Shown here: positions 1-13,432 of the stretch, one piece after another
Numbering within the stretch: position 1 is the stretch's first letter
How the letters are laid out: each line of letters starts with the position of its first letter
From: Eledone cirrhosa
Lineage: Eukaryota
Direction: 5' to 3'
Assembly (NCBI GenBank): GCA_964016885.1
Contig: OZ024740.1
Location: 427,180,001-427,244,000, forward strand
Length of the DNA stretch: 64,000 nucleotides
Position numbers and translations under genes: made by a program
Notes under the pieces: model-generated
Database searches by the model: none
Seen by the model: the letters and a program-made list of their open reading frames with translations, nothing else
Told to the model about the DNA's origin: nothing

Positions 1-641
1 ACATTCTATAGGGGATTAGTGGAGGATAAGTGCGACGACGTTCTCGGGGAAACTCTAGGCTTCGAGGAGGACGAACTCATCAGTCTATTCGGGAGGACTT
101 CACGTCCAGTGCTTATGGATAACCTCCAGAGGTCTCTGGCCTGGCAGTGCTACCGAGGTTCTCTACCAGTTCGAAACAAAATCTACAGGCACGGACGCCC
201 TGGCAGAGATCCTGCTAAAAGGACCTGTCCAAGATGCGAACAGGACATCTAAACCGTTCTGCACGCAATTGTTCAGTGCCCAGGGGTGACTGACCTGTGG
301 AATTATGTCGAAAAGCTACTGTCACGTGTAGGACGCATCCAGTTGTCAGCCGAGTCCATCGTGAGGATCACCCGCCGCCTTCATTTAAGAATGGAGGAGA
401 GGCGGTTTTCCTCTGCCTGGTGGCTATGGCGAAAGAGGTAATATGGTGGAAGAGGTTAAAAAAACTGAGGGCAAGCACCTTTCTCTCTTGACATCAACTC
501 ATCCCCTTCTTTAAGTACAACTTCAGAAGGAAGGTGAGAGTGGAGAGAGAGGTGCTACACCCCAGTAAATTCGCTGAAAGGTGGGTGAATGTGGCGAAAA
601 TGGCCTGGGTGAATAGGCCTTCTCTGTATATAAACCTGTAG
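1..641 (+). pseudogene. C-terminal part of L1/Tx1-like non-LTR retrotransposon ORF2 (zf-RVT region), disrupted
   Basis: LAWQCYRGSLPVRNKI...CPRCEQDI*TVLHAIVQC matches the zf-RVT CCHC finger. It ends FAERWVNV...INL* (TAG 639-641) and carries an internal stop and a frameshift. Confidence 0.8.
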
Positions 642-901
642 GTTGAGGAAGATAAACAGAGGGAAGACGGGAACACCTACAAAACGTGTTCCTGGTGTTG
701 GGGGTTGTTCTATCCACGTGGATGTAAAACAACCCCGCAGTTGCGTTACCCCCCCCCCCCCCCCCCTAATGGGGATTTCAATTGTTTATTTTTATATATA
801 ATTTATTGTTCTTTATCATTCTTAAAGATTTTAAGTAAAACCCCCGCCGTCACCTCTTGTAATGTACCAATTTTTGTACGCCTCTGTGGCAAATAAAGAA
901 T
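1..901 (+). mobile_element. 3' end of L1/Tx1-like retrotransposon including 3' UTR
   Basis: The ORF2 remnant is followed by a UTR with a poly-C run and a T-rich tract, ending at AATAAAGAATT (about 892-902). Confidence 0.7.
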
Positions 902-993
902 TACCCGGAGTAAACAAACCAAACTGCGTACTTCGGCGAGTGCTCCAACTGCATACTGAGGTGTCGGTAAACAACCAGCATATACTCAACATT

Positions 994-1147
<154 letters not shown>

Positions 1148-1216
1148 GATGTCGAAAGACACACTTAAATTATTTGTTCATTCTTTTTTAATTCATCATC
1201 TTATATGCAGTGAGAA

Positions 1217-1276
1217 TTCCAAATAGCTATTTCAGGATTTGTATCCGTCCTTAAAGACATTTCCTCATCAGTAAAT
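1217..1276 (-). ncRNA. type I hammerhead ribozyme motif
   Basis: Minus strand: attta-CTGATGA-gga...tcc-t-GAAA-TAGCT-ATT-tggaa. Stem III is palindromic; stem I is weak and G-U rich. Confidence 0.55.
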
Positions 1277-1571
1277 ACGACTTCATCGTACATCCTGAGA
1301 TAGAGAGAAAGGAAAATCATTAAGTAAATGTGTGAAATTGTACACTGATTGAGGTCACAAAATGGACAACGTACTATAATTATGTACCAAGTAATCTTTG
1401 CTATTGCTCTCCCTTGCCGTCCGCCGAGGAAACGCCTTCTCAATTCTGTCCGCTGGGGCTGTGGGGAGGCCACCACTATGATTATGATTGACTGGCTTGT
1501 CCTTTTATCAGTCAGATTAAAAAAACTAGTTACATACCTTACATGAAGGTACTATTATTATTTCATTTGAC

Positions 1572-1748
1572 AATATCGGTAGAGGGTCGGACGCCATGCT
1601 TTGCAGCATAGAGTTACGCCCCTTTATGATCTGAGTTCAAATCCCCCCGAGGTTAACTTTGCCTTTCATCATTACGGGGTCGATAAAATGAAGTACCAGT
1701 AATGTACTGGGCAATTGCTGGCCTTGTGCCAAAAGTAGAAACAATTAT
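1572..1748 (+). mobile_element. tRNA-derived SINE, family 1 (short variant)
   Basis: A-box remnant, B box GAGTTCAAATCC, core CTTTGCCTTTCATC..GGGGTCGATAAAAT..AGTACCAGT and tail GAAACAATTAT. Confidence 0.9.
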
Positions 1749-1814
1749 TTCATTTGTTCAAACCAATAATAACAGTCTGAACTGTTTCTGACGAATTTCA
1801 GTAGATTTTCTCTA

Positions 1815-1950
1815 ATATTGGCACAAAGTCATCAAATTGAAGAAAAGAGAAAGTCGATTATACTGACCCCTGTACCTGAATCGAATTTTATTTTACCGTT
1901 CCTAGAAGATTGAAAGGCAAAGTTGACCTCGACAGGATTTGAACTGACAA
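1815..1950 (-). mobile_element. degenerate SINE family 1
   Basis: Reverse-complement core GAAAGGCAAAGTTGACCTCG..GGATTTGAACT. Confidence 0.7.
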
Positions 1951-2670
1951 TACCGATATTAGTTTATCTGACACTCTACCTACACTGACTATACACCTAC
2001 CTCGCGGTTACATCTATAATGAAAGAAATCCTCACAAGATTTATCTTACATATTTCCTCGAAAATGAAAATGATATTCCTAAATGATTAATACTGACTTC
2101 TACTCACGCCATAAATAATTCTACTTTACTTTATAGTACACAGTATACTTCTAATAAGTTAACACTATCTTAATTCACGTTTAATGCTTTGGTAAATAAT
2201 ATAACCAGAACATTTAAAACCTGTGTTGCTGACGGAAGCTGCAGAAATTGGTTAATCAGAAAAGACAAAATTTGAGCGATTTGCCTGAACAGAACAGTAG
2301 TTGAGCTCAGAATAAATATCGCTTATGTATATTTTATTTCAGCGACTTTGCGAAATGCATTCTTGACATATACATTTTTATTTTTAGTAAACATTGGTAA
2401 TTGCTACAGTCTTCTGCTTTGCATTGTTTAATATAAGAGATTGTTGCGGTATTTGCCACTTGTCTAGACTGGAAGGAGCCGGGAAGGAAGGAAGTAAGCA
2501 GTACTGTGTTCCATAGACGTTTCTTGTACGTCGATGATGAAACACAGACGCGCGGCGAAACGTTCGCCAAATTTCCCGTCTGTTCACGTCGTACCTGAAC
2601 ACGATATCGGGCTTCATTTTTTAGATATACAAACATCTATAGATATATATACATAAGAGGGTGTATATGT

Positions 2671-2750
<80 letters not shown>

Positions 2751-3152
2751 ATGGCTGTTAATTGTCTTGATTTAGACGCAAAGAAATCAACGTCAAAGCA
2801 AGGCAATCCTGAAATCAAGAAAGGTAGGACATTACTGACACACCACCCATCTACCAGATACATACCTCTCTAGACATAGTAAAACCAATCAAGCTCTTCA
2901 AAACCATACACAAAAATATTGCATCCAAGTATAACATTGATAACTTTATGTACATACATACACACTCAGACAGAAAGACACACACACACACATATATATA
3001 TATCGTCATTGAAATATGTATCACAGCCTCACCAAGAAAAGACTTTAAAATCTGCAACTACATGACATTTTTTTTTTCTAATATACTCCGTCATTCCATT
3101 GTGGAGAAAGTAGGTTGAGTGCTTGATTTGAATTGCATACATATTTACCGTA

Positions 3153-3540
<388 letters not shown>

Positions 3541-3552
3541 TATATATATATA

Positions 3553-3823
3553 TAGTTATGTAATAAACAATAAGACAATTATTTTATTTCCCAAAGGTTT
3601 CACAAAGACAGACGAACTCGAAACAGACGTCTGAAATCGTTTATCAGAATGAAATTTTATTTGAAGACTTCCTCTTCAAATAAAATTGTGTCAAGCTCGT
3701 TTGTCTTTGTGAAACCTTTGGTAAATGGAATAATTGTCATATGTTGTTTATTACATAACTAAATAACTCTGTAGCCTACATAGAGCACTCTCGTTTCCTT
3801 TACCTTTCCTACGGAAACACTTT
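3553..3823. mobile_element. HHR micro-element family B, inverted-repeat structure
   Basis: Arms are about 3553-3625 and 3687-3761. A degenerate HHR lies on - (3585-3651, core CTGATAA). The right arm carries GAAACC-TTT-GGTA-aatg, and there is an inner hairpin at 3653-3687. Confidence 0.7.
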
Positions 3824-3841
3824 ATATATATATATATATTC

Positions 3842-3969
3842 ATAGGAACGAGTAGGACCCCGACGGCTGAGCTCAAGCCGTTTCGACGGCTAATTCTGGA
3901 CTAAGACTAGTCCAGAATTAGCCGTCGAAACGGCTTGAGCTCAGCCGTCGGGGTCCTACTCGTTCCTAT
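3842..3969. repeat. perfect palindrome, HHR micro-element family A
   Basis: 62-bp arms (3842-3903 and 3908-3969) with the 4-nt loop AGAC, flanked by (TA)n. Each arm holds the HHR 3' half GAAACGGCT-TGAGCTC-AGCCGTC-ggggtc. Confidence 0.9.
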
Positions 3970-3987
3970 ATATATATATATATATAT

Positions 3988-4560
3988 ATGAAAGACGTAA
4001 AATAAGAGAATTATGAAAATTGACTTACTTACTAAAATTTACTTACTAAAATTTGTTGAGTAAAAATTGCCGAAATTACTATTATGGTTCATGGTAGTGG
4101 TCAGGCCCTTGTCTTAATAACATCCCACTCCTCACTGATTAACCTCAGTGTCACGTGATTAATTCTTTTGAATTTGCCACTGACCAAGTAGGCAGTGAAT
4201 TTTTTCAATGTCCTGGAATTTAGTCCCCGCTCGCTTTTTTCCATCCATTGAACTATTTTTATATGAGTTCCTTGTGTCCACGCATTGCCTAGAAACTTAG
4301 CTGAGAATAGACTCCCTGATGACGTAAGGTTTCTCTATGATTACGTTACGTAACCATATTTATTCCCTTACAGAAACTAATTAGTTGGAGTGAAATTTTA
4401 GTAAGTCAATTTTCATGATTCTCTTATTTTACGTCTTTCATATAATTGTTCTGCATCCCCTTGCATTGAACTACAAAGTTACTAAGACTAAACCTATATA
4501 TTTGCTAGCATAGGTATGCATCTGTATACATATGTTGGTAGATATACTAATTCTTTATAT
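3988..4560 (+). mobile_element. HHR micro-element family F with inverted 5' segment
   Basis: 3988-4040 is the reverse complement of about 4393-4443. Homologous to 55325-56036 and flanked by (TA)n. Confidence 0.8.
4311..4391 (+). ncRNA. type I hammerhead ribozyme (family F)
   Basis: actcc-CTGATGA-c-gtaagg..ccttac-a-GAAAC-taatta-GTT-ggagt. Stems I and II pair fully and the stem III loop is palindromic. Confidence 0.85.
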
Positions 4561-4636
4561 ATATATATAAATATTGAAAGGATAACAAGGAGTGCTCTCC
4601 CGGCTGAACCTGCAGTAATTCCTAGATCCACCCCCT

Positions 4637-4788
<152 letters not shown>

Positions 4789-5027
4789 GTGCGTGTGTGT
4801 GTGTGTGTGTGTATATACATGTGAACAAAAACTTATAACCTCTGCAATAAAGAAAAAATCAATAACAACGAAAGTAGATGTTCAGAATGTGACAGAAGGT
4901 TAAAGAATATTGGTGGAAATATAGATATACCAATCTTGGTGATAGTTTGTTTAGTTCCACCAAATAAAAGCACATTCTCTGGTGGACAATAGTTGACTTT
5001 CGAGTCACTGCTATAGCGTCACAAATA

Positions 5028-5248
5028 TAATTATTTCTACTATAGGCACAAGGTCAACAATTTTGGGGGAGGAGAAAGTTGAATAAATTGATTTCAGTAC
5101 ATTACTGGTACTTTATTTCATCGACCCCGTAAGGATGAAAGGCAAAGCAAACCTCAGCTGGATTTGAACTCAGGTAATAAAGTGCCGTAACTCTCTGCCG
5201 CAAAGCATGTTGTCCGATGCTCTACCGATTCTACTAATCTGCCGCCCT
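5028..5248 (-). mobile_element. SINE family 1 (long variant)
   Basis: Full reverse-complement head, core and tail. Confidence 0.9.
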
Positions 5249-6048
5249 TATCACAACTATAATGAAAGAGAACGTTATTCTGCTCTGTATTGAGTAGCAT
5301 ATGTAACTGTTTTATTTCAATTCTGCATAACACCACCATATTTAGTGCAACACATATCTATAACTTTGATTGCTTTGATAAGTTTCGGCCAGTATTTTCC
5401 CCGTTCCTGTCTAACTTAATAGCAGCACCTGGCTAAGTCTTTCAAAGCATGATTTGTACACCTTAGCCCTCACAAGTAGAGAGTTGTTGTTTACGGAGGT
5501 ATGTAGGAGGTTTATCCGGGATTTCTTGGAGGAGTTTGTCCAATTTTATAGGGTATGTTTCTATTTTAATGCGTTTTGGTTTAATCTTAAAGAGAGTGGG
5601 GCCAAATGAGGTGAAATAATTGTGCTGTAATATTGTTATAAGATGCGAGTTTGATTTTTTTTATGTGGGCGGATAGCACGGGCCAACATTGTCCTCAGTC
5701 TCAGTGCTCTCCTAGCTTTGGCTACCGGAGCTTGTCCGGCCACTTTCATAGAAATCCCGTCTATGATGGAGCCCCCTAGAGGTGGGGTGGCTATTGCATC
5801 GTGTGTTGCTGGCCACTGTCCGCGTAAATGATTTAGCCATTTTGTCCGCAAGGTGCAGTCTAAACCATACTCTGACCTAGGTGTAGAGTCTGTCACCCTC
5901 TCTCCTTCACCCTTTCTTTCTTCTTTTGTCTAATGATTCTTTATCTTTTTTCTCTCATTTACGGGATTTATATTTCTTTCCAATGCTGCTTTCTCTTTCT
6001 GGGTGTTGAACCAAATAAATGTTTCTTATTATTAAGTACAAAAAACTA

Positions 6049-6210
6049 TGGCTGGATTGGCAGTATCGGTAGAGGGTCGGACGCCATGCTTTACAGCAAA
6101 GACTTACGTCCCATTATGGTCTGAGTTCAAATCCCACCGATGTTAACTTTGCCTTTCATCTTTACACTGGGATAAGTTTTGTCCTTGTGCCAAATGTAGA
6201 AACAATTATT
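6049..6210 (+). mobile_element. SINE family 1 (internally deleted)
   Basis: A box TGGCAGTATCGG, B box GAGTTCAAATCC and tail AGAAACAATTATT. Confidence 0.9.
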
Positions 6211-6363
6211 ACATACAAAAAATAAAAATTGCTTCTGGAGATTTTCTGATAGTGTTTGAATTATGAGGATTTGTCTGTCTGCTATTTCTAGCAGATCAAG
6301 CGTCCACGTATGATTTCAGTTGCTGGTTTGATTATTCTTGGTTTCTTTTATTCTCTCTCTCTC

Positions 6364-6421
<58 letters not shown>

Positions 6422-6922
6422 TGAAACTTGTATGAACCAATGAAACACATTTCGTTGGAAATTTCCAGACTTACAGATCACACTCAGACACATACAAACT
6501 CATACATATTCACATATATTCAAACACACTCACACACTCATACATGCATGTTTAGAACCATACATATACACACACTATTATACAAACATGGATATATCGA
6601 CTCATATATACACACACACACACACACATATACGTGGGGATACAGCTGTAAACAAAAACAAAGTTTCCCAAACGCTTACACAAACATACTCTCTCACACA
6701 CACACAGCAGACGCACTCAGACACAAATTCACACATATACACATACATGTACGTATGCACTCATACACATACACACACATACAAACACAACCAAACTCAC
6801 ATACACACTAAAAAACACACATATCGCATGTATATATTTGTCATAATACTATATTTAATCGCGTGCTAACTTCCACCCGCAACTCTTCTACATCACCGAA
6901 TGCTTTATACATGTATACATAC

Positions 6923-6954
<32 letters not shown>

Positions 6955-6961
6955 ATGTATG

Positions 6962-7046
<85 letters not shown>

Positions 7047-7839
7047 GTCTGTGTGTGAGTGTGTTTCTGCGCCCGTTTTTGTGTGCGTCTGTGTGTGTTT
7101 TTATCTGTGTATGTATGTTTCTGTATATTTGTACACATGTTTGTGTATATACATTAAAAACTAATTTTGTTTTGGTCTTACAGGAAAGCTTCTTCGATAG
7201 AAAATACTCACTTTTCATGGCTGACAATAAAATCAGTTAGCAACTGGGTTTTGCTTTAAGAAGGTTCTTTGATAATTTTGCTTCCTATCAACATTTTTCT
7301 ATTTCTTCTTCTTGATAAATGACATCTGATACGATTCTCTTTCAGCAAGAGCTTCCAATATCCCAACTCTATTTATATTTTTTAATTTTTCTTTTTAAAT
7401 ATCTCAATAAGGCCCTCTATCTGTGACATTCATTTAAAACTGTCAATTGTGCACTCACCGCCACACGTCACCCATTCAAACATACACACAAATAAAAAAG
7501 AAACTCAAATATGTCGGTATTGGGGAAGGGGCAGACATTTTGGACTGTTTTAGATGTTGTTCTCGTTTGCTTTTGGTTTGTTCTTTTCTACATTAAAAAT
7601 ACCTTTTCTTCTAAAACTAAAAAATTCTCATTGATGTTTATTTGCCTTAAGCAAGTAAGTATCAAATTTCTCTCAATCGTGTAAAGGTATCAAAAGTGTT
7701 GTATAGGACATACAAATAATGTTATTATATACAATCTCTGGCACGAAAAAGAAAATCATAAAAACCTTTTGTTTTTGATAGTTTCCTTTTTATATTTTTT
7801 CATTGCTTAGCTGGTTATATTTTTTTTATTTCGTTAAAC

Positions 7840-7912
<73 letters not shown>

Positions 7913-8006
7913 CATATATATGTGTGTGTGTGTGTGCGTGTGTATATATGTAAGTATGCATGCATGTATATATGTGTGCGTGTGCATATATATATGCATA
8001 TGTATG

Positions 8007-8045
<39 letters not shown>

Positions 8046-8137
8046 ATGTGTGTGTACACATGTGTGTGCGGGCGCGTCTTTACTGTTTCCTGCAGATTAA
8101 TTATCAAACATCTTGCTGGCGAATATTTAGATCTTTA

Positions 8138-8178
<41 letters not shown>

Positions 8179-8195
8179 TGCTGCTGCTGCTGCTG

Positions 8196-8227
<32 letters not shown>

Positions 8228-8480
8228 GCTGCTGCTACTACTTGTGATGTCATATTGCTTGCTACTTCTAATTGTTTTTTTTATTTTCGTTATCATTCTC
8301 CCTATAAAAGAAAATATGATAACCACAAAGTTGGGGTGGGTAACATCCTGTCTGAGTGAGACGTTAAATACTTGTGTTTAGATAGTTTTGTCCCTTTATT
8401 GTACTGTGTTCAAACCCCATCAGGGGTGATTTCCACGTCCATCCTTCCGGTATCAATAAAGTAATCGCAGATCTACTAAT

Positions 8481-8630
8481 GTGAAGGTGCATGGCTTAGT
8501 TGTTAGAGCAATGGGCTTGCAATTGGAAGGGTGTGAGTTCAATCTCGAACCAGGTGATGTGTTGTTTCCTTGAGCAAGACACTCTATTTCACATTGCTCC
8601 AGTTTACTCAGCTGTAGAAGTGAGATGATA
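8481..8630 (+). mobile_element. tRNA-derived SINE, family 2
   Basis: Head GAAGGTGCATGGCTTAGTTGTTAG, B box GAGTTCAATCTC and core CCTTGAGCAAGACACT..TGCTCCAGTTTACTCAGCTG. Other copies are at about 9313-9560(+), 10745-11015(-), 20903-21235(+), 45710-45842(-) and 49003-49172(-). Confidence 0.8.
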
Positions 8631-8937
8631 GGACTGGGGTCCCTATCATGAAATCACCCAAGACACCTCCAACGAGATATACCTTGGAGGAGGCCAGCTA
8701 AACCTGCATAGGTGTGAGCTATCACACACACACACACACAGATCTAATAATACACAATCATGCATGGACCCGTAACTCCTGAGTGAGTCGTAGGGGCGCC
8801 TAGGTACCATAAGACGTTTCCAGGGCATTTTAAAACCTGGTGTGACCCATATTACCTCTCCAGGCCTGAACGCAGCAGATTTCTTTCAGAAAATGGTAGA
8901 GAGTGAAAGAGTAGATATGAGAAAGAGATATAGAGGA

Positions 8938-9100
8938 AGATTCGACCCAAGTACTAGACTGGTACTGTGTTATCTATCTCGAATGGATGAAAGGTAAAGT
9001 TGACCTTGGTGAGATTTGAACTCAAAGAGCAAAGACCCAGAATGAATACTGCAAAGCATTCTATCCGAAGTTCTAACGACTCTGCCACTTCACCGCCTTA
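8938..9100 (-). mobile_element. older SINE family 1 relative
   Basis: GGATGAAAGGTAAAGTTGACCTTGG..GATTTGAACTC, with the head ending TCACCGCCTTA. Confidence 0.75.
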
Positions 9101-9767
9101 CTAATTCATATCCTACGACAATCAAGACTACATAAAAAGACTTGCATGAAAATAAAACAGTAAAAGGTAAGGGCATGATTTGAATCTGGGACTTTTGAAG
9201 TTAACAAACATTTCAACGGTTAAGCGCTGTTATTGTTGCTTATAGAAATTTAAACTTAACCTAGATTGATTGACTATGTTTCAAATTGACATTTTAAAAT
9301 TTACCTTTATCCGTAAGGGTGTTGGACTTACGACCATAATGTCGTGGGTTCGATTCCTGGGCTCGGCTGGGTTGTGTGTTTTTGAACAAAACATTTCATT
9401 TCTAGTTGCTCCAATATACTCAGCTGAAAATAAGTACCAGCAATAGTAGGGGGTAGGGGTGGGGGTTAACACTTCGATGGACTGGCGGCCTGTCCAGGGG
9501 TAATCTTGTACTCTCAGTCCCTTCACGCCCCGAATCCGGGATAAACACCGACATATTGAGTCGCTTTTGACAGACTTTAGATTAATTCATATGACCGACT
9601 ATAATCTCTTAGTTCAAGACATTCCCTCCACAGAATAACAATCATCCAGGTAGCTTTTCAAATTCACTTTTATATGACATCTGAATTTGTTCCAATAAAT
9701 TAGTGAGGATTGTTTATAGATTTTTAATTCACAGTATCCCATATATCTCGGGAATTTTACCCGCCGT

Positions 9768-9802
<35 letters not shown>

Positions 9803-9805
<3 letters not shown>

Positions 9806-9993
9806 ATTGTTTCTACTTTAGGCACAAGGCCAGCAAATTACCCAGTGCATTACTGGTACTTTATTTTATCGACCCCGTAAGGATGAAAGGCAAAGTCAAC
9901 CTCGGCGGGATTTGAACTCAGATCATAAAGGGACGTAACTATGCTGGAAAGCATGGCGTCCGACCCTCTACCGATACTGCCAATCCACCACCC
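9803..9993 (-). mobile_element. SINE family 1, full length, inside (TA)n
   Basis: Near-consensus reverse-complement copy. Confidence 0.92.
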
Positions 9994-10005
9994 TATATAT
10001 ATATA

Positions 10006-10625
10006 TAGTAATAATAATAAATTTGAAGACTAAAATCCAAAGAGGGCTCGATAAGGATAAATATATATCAAATATATAAGAACCGTAGAGCAAATATTTA
10101 TTAAAATAATAGATTAAAGTTTAAGCAAAGAATCGCTGCTTTCACACTTAACGGGATCTTCTGAAACTAACAAAGTCAATCTGTAAACGCAGAAGTGGTA
10201 TTTCAAAAAACGTTGCAACCGGAGGAAGACAGGAAGACGATACTTTGGTTCGTGGAAACGTTCGCTATGCAAATAAGTAATGGTATAAACAAAACATATA
10301 CTTAGCTCCCACATCAAGACGTAAAATATCCACGTATAGATCGTATTATCCGTTAGGGTATAACGTGGGGCTGTAATACATGAAAGTTTTGTGCAATTTA
10401 TGTTTACAAGCCGAAATTGCCTCAGATTTTTTGTTTAAGATGTGGTCTGTGGCGTAGAGTATTTCCAGGGCCTCAGCGGCGCAGAGGTCACATGGTCTTT
10501 TATTTCCGTTATACGATCTAGCCCTAACTAGGATCTCCCAGTGTAACTTATATTGGGTGTGGTTGTCTTTTAGACTCCAGATATAAGCTGAAAGTGACGT
10601 CATATTCCTTCTTAGCCGGCGATTT
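10006..10625 (-). mobile_element. 5'-truncated Naiad-type Penelope-like element (second family): GIY-YIG C-terminus plus 3' pLTR
   Basis: TSLSAYIWSLK..WEIL..ARSYN..CDLC..E..I..LNKKSE..C.H aligns by eye with the 44404-44970 protein C-terminus. Pieces of its tail recur at 27476-27541, 48340-48505 and 56787-56880 (family L). Confidence 0.85.
10346..10625 (-). pseudogene. GIY-YIG endonuclease C-terminal fragment (PLE)
   Basis: ORF 10346..10603 with a CxxC...CxH motif; truncated at the 5' side next to a SINE remnant. Confidence 0.8.
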
Positions 10626-13399
10626 GAAGTCGTTATGACGTCGGATAGAATGCTTTACGGTATTTGTCCCACCTCATTGCGCGCTCTGAGTTCAAGTCCC
10701 ACCGTGGTCAACTTTTATACTTTCAAGTTTGATAAAGAAGTAATAGACCAGGACGGGGCAAATTGTTGTTGTGGAAGATATGGAGTCACCCATGCATACC
10801 AGTCTCCCCTCTCCACGTCACCGATATTGTCCAAAGGAAAGATAATGGCCGATACAGAGTGGGAGCAGTGACGTCGCAACTCATGTTTGAATGAACTGAA
10901 GTAATGTGAAATAAAATGTCTTGCTCAAGGACACAATGTATCACCCGGTTCAGAAATGTAACTCCCAATCTCGCGATTGTGACTACCATTTTCTAGCAAC
11001 TAAGATACGTGCCTTCATATATATGTATGTGTGTCTGTATGTGTGTGTGTGTTTGTGTGTTTGTGTGTTTGTGTCTGTGTCTGTGTGTGTGTGTGTCTGT
11101 CTGTATGTCTGAGCGGGTGTATGTTTGCGTATACCACATAACTTAACCGTCCAAATTCATCCTCCTGACGTCTTTTGTATATTATTATTAAGTCATCCTA
11201 GAATCTTTTCAAACCCTATTTTGTATGTTAGGTTATATTATATACAAATAAACACCAGCAGATATTTAATATTACTGAGCTTGTTTTGTTTCAGTAGCGA
11301 GTGAATAAATGTCATTGATGACGGGTAATAATCCAAAAATAGCTATGTAGCATTCCCATTGCCACTGAGATATCTATGACATCATCACACCTTGCGAAAA
11401 TATAATTAATAGCGAGACAGTCGTACATTTATGAACTAGGCATTTATAGTAAATGCTTTCATATACACTCCTATGACGAACCATTCTATGTTAGTGCCAA
11501 TTCTAATTTATGTTAATTTATTTTACTGTTAGCGGTGGCGAGAATTTCCTTGCTGTAGGGAAGAGTTTAAAGTTCAGGCTGGAGCACGTGTATGCCATGA
11601 CTTATCTCCCCTATCTTTCATAGTTGCTAATAACTGCCTTCTAGATATTTCATTTCCTTCTTTATCGGAGAGTGTAATTTCAATAAATTAAGACTTTATT
11701 GGACTCAACAATCAGAAGAGTCTTCTTTAATTAATTTTCCAAATTCATATTCCGGGCGCTTTTGTGTTGTTTCCACTTATCTACTTTTATTGGAATACAC
11801 ACATACAAACATATATACATACACATATACACACATACAAACATATATATATATATACACGCATACATGTATGCGTATACACATGCGCATATACATACAT
11901 ATATACATACAAACATACAAACATATATACATACACACATACAAACATATATACATACACACATATAAACATAAACATATACACATATACACATACACAT
12001 ACACGCATGTACACATACACATGTATACACATCCACACAGAAATATGTATTTTTCCTCATTGACATTATTTCCTGCTTCTTGTAGGAAGATGTTTAGAGA
12101 GGGAGAGATAGAGAGTGAGAGAGAGAGAGAAAGAGATAGATAGAGGGGGGTTAAAAAGAAAAAGGGAGAGAGAGAAAAGGAGAGAAATATAGAGTGTGAG
12201 AGAAAGAAAGAGTGAGAGTGGGGGAGGGAGAGGGAGATAGAAGGGAAGAGAGAGAAGGAGAGAGAGAGGGGGGAAGAGAGAGAGTATGAGAGAAAGAAAA
12301 GGTGAGGAAAGAGAGAGAGTGGGAGAGCGGGGCAAAGAAAGAGTGTGAGAAAGAGAGTGTGTGTGAGAGAGAGAGAGAGAGGGATAAATAAAGAGAGAGA
12401 GAAGGACAGTGATTGAGAGAGGGAGAGAGAGAAAGAGAGTGTGTGAGAGAGAGAGAAGGAGAAAGAGAGTGTGTGAGAGAGAGAGGGAGAAAGAAAGAGA
12501 GAAAGAGAGTGTGTGAGAGAGAGATGTAAGGTGTGTCATTACTTATGTAGAAGATGATGATGATGAGAAGTCACTCAGTAAACAACTTAAGAGGGATCCT
12601 ATTATCGCCGTAAATCTGAAATTATTTATCTATATTTAAACCATTAGCTAAAGGATTTGTAGGAGAAAGTTTCCCCTTTATAAAGTAAGATATATATTTC
12701 TAGAAATCACTTTAATTTCTAGATTTAATGTTTGTTTCGGGGATTTGAGCACTTAAAGCTTTTATAGGCAAACAGATCCTAATTTTTCCATATTTCCACT
12801 GTTTCAGTTATTTTCCAGTTTTAATTCTCGGCGTCACTGATTTCTCTATAAATGGTAAAGACCTGTTACAGCTTTTTTCTTTCTCTCTTCCACTGATGAG
12901 GATTAAATTAGCGTTTAACTGTTCAAAATAAACATATATACACACATGATGGCTGTAACTCAATTTCGAGTAATGCAATCGCTTGATACTTAAGCATGAG
13001 CATCACGGACGTGGCCTGCTAGGGACTTGCCTATGGCCAGCAATAACATGCATCGCAACAAATGTCACATATCAACCAATGCCTTGCTTGAAGCTTTTTT
13101 AAGTGAGGAAAGTCTTTGCACGGAGCCAATCCCACTCTCTGAACATGGAATGTATTTACCCAAAAAGTGGAACTGGTCTACGCCATTGGATACAAACGAA
13201 GTCGCAGGTTTTATATCAGAGTGACCTTCTAGAGAGATGTCTTAATGATGACTGCCGTCTCTCTGTAAACCCCCAAATTTGTCATCAAACGTTCGTTCAT
13301 GACCTCATAGGTGGCTTTTAAGTTCAGCTGCAGATTTGCATGGATTGCAGCAAATGTGTAAATACACACACACACACACACACATACACACACACAGAT

Positions 13400-13432
<33 letters not shown>

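Noticed and set aside
1572-1748. tRNA genes at A/B-box motifs
   Set aside because: The boxes are followed by the SINE core and tail, have extended spacing and form no cloverleaf.
3842-3969. Palindromes as TA-targeting Tc1/mariner MITEs or pre-miRNAs
   Set aside because: The elements are asymmetric (constant 3' tail, variable inverted arm, tail-only copies) and contain HHR motifs, unlike fixed TIRs. Not fully excluded.
5340-5900. GC-richer segment or 86-aa ORF as a host exon
   Set aside because: No recognisable domain, stops in adjacent frames and no convincing splice context. It is probably an old TE remnant.
12893-12930. CTGATGA motifs at about 12894(+), 26856(-), 31484(-) and 48032(-)
   Set aside because: They have no properly placed GAAA/NUH or closing stems, so they were not counted as HHRs.
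12970-13360. Possible RT remnant (FHFLG on minus) or exon
   Set aside because: A single short motif is insufficient support.
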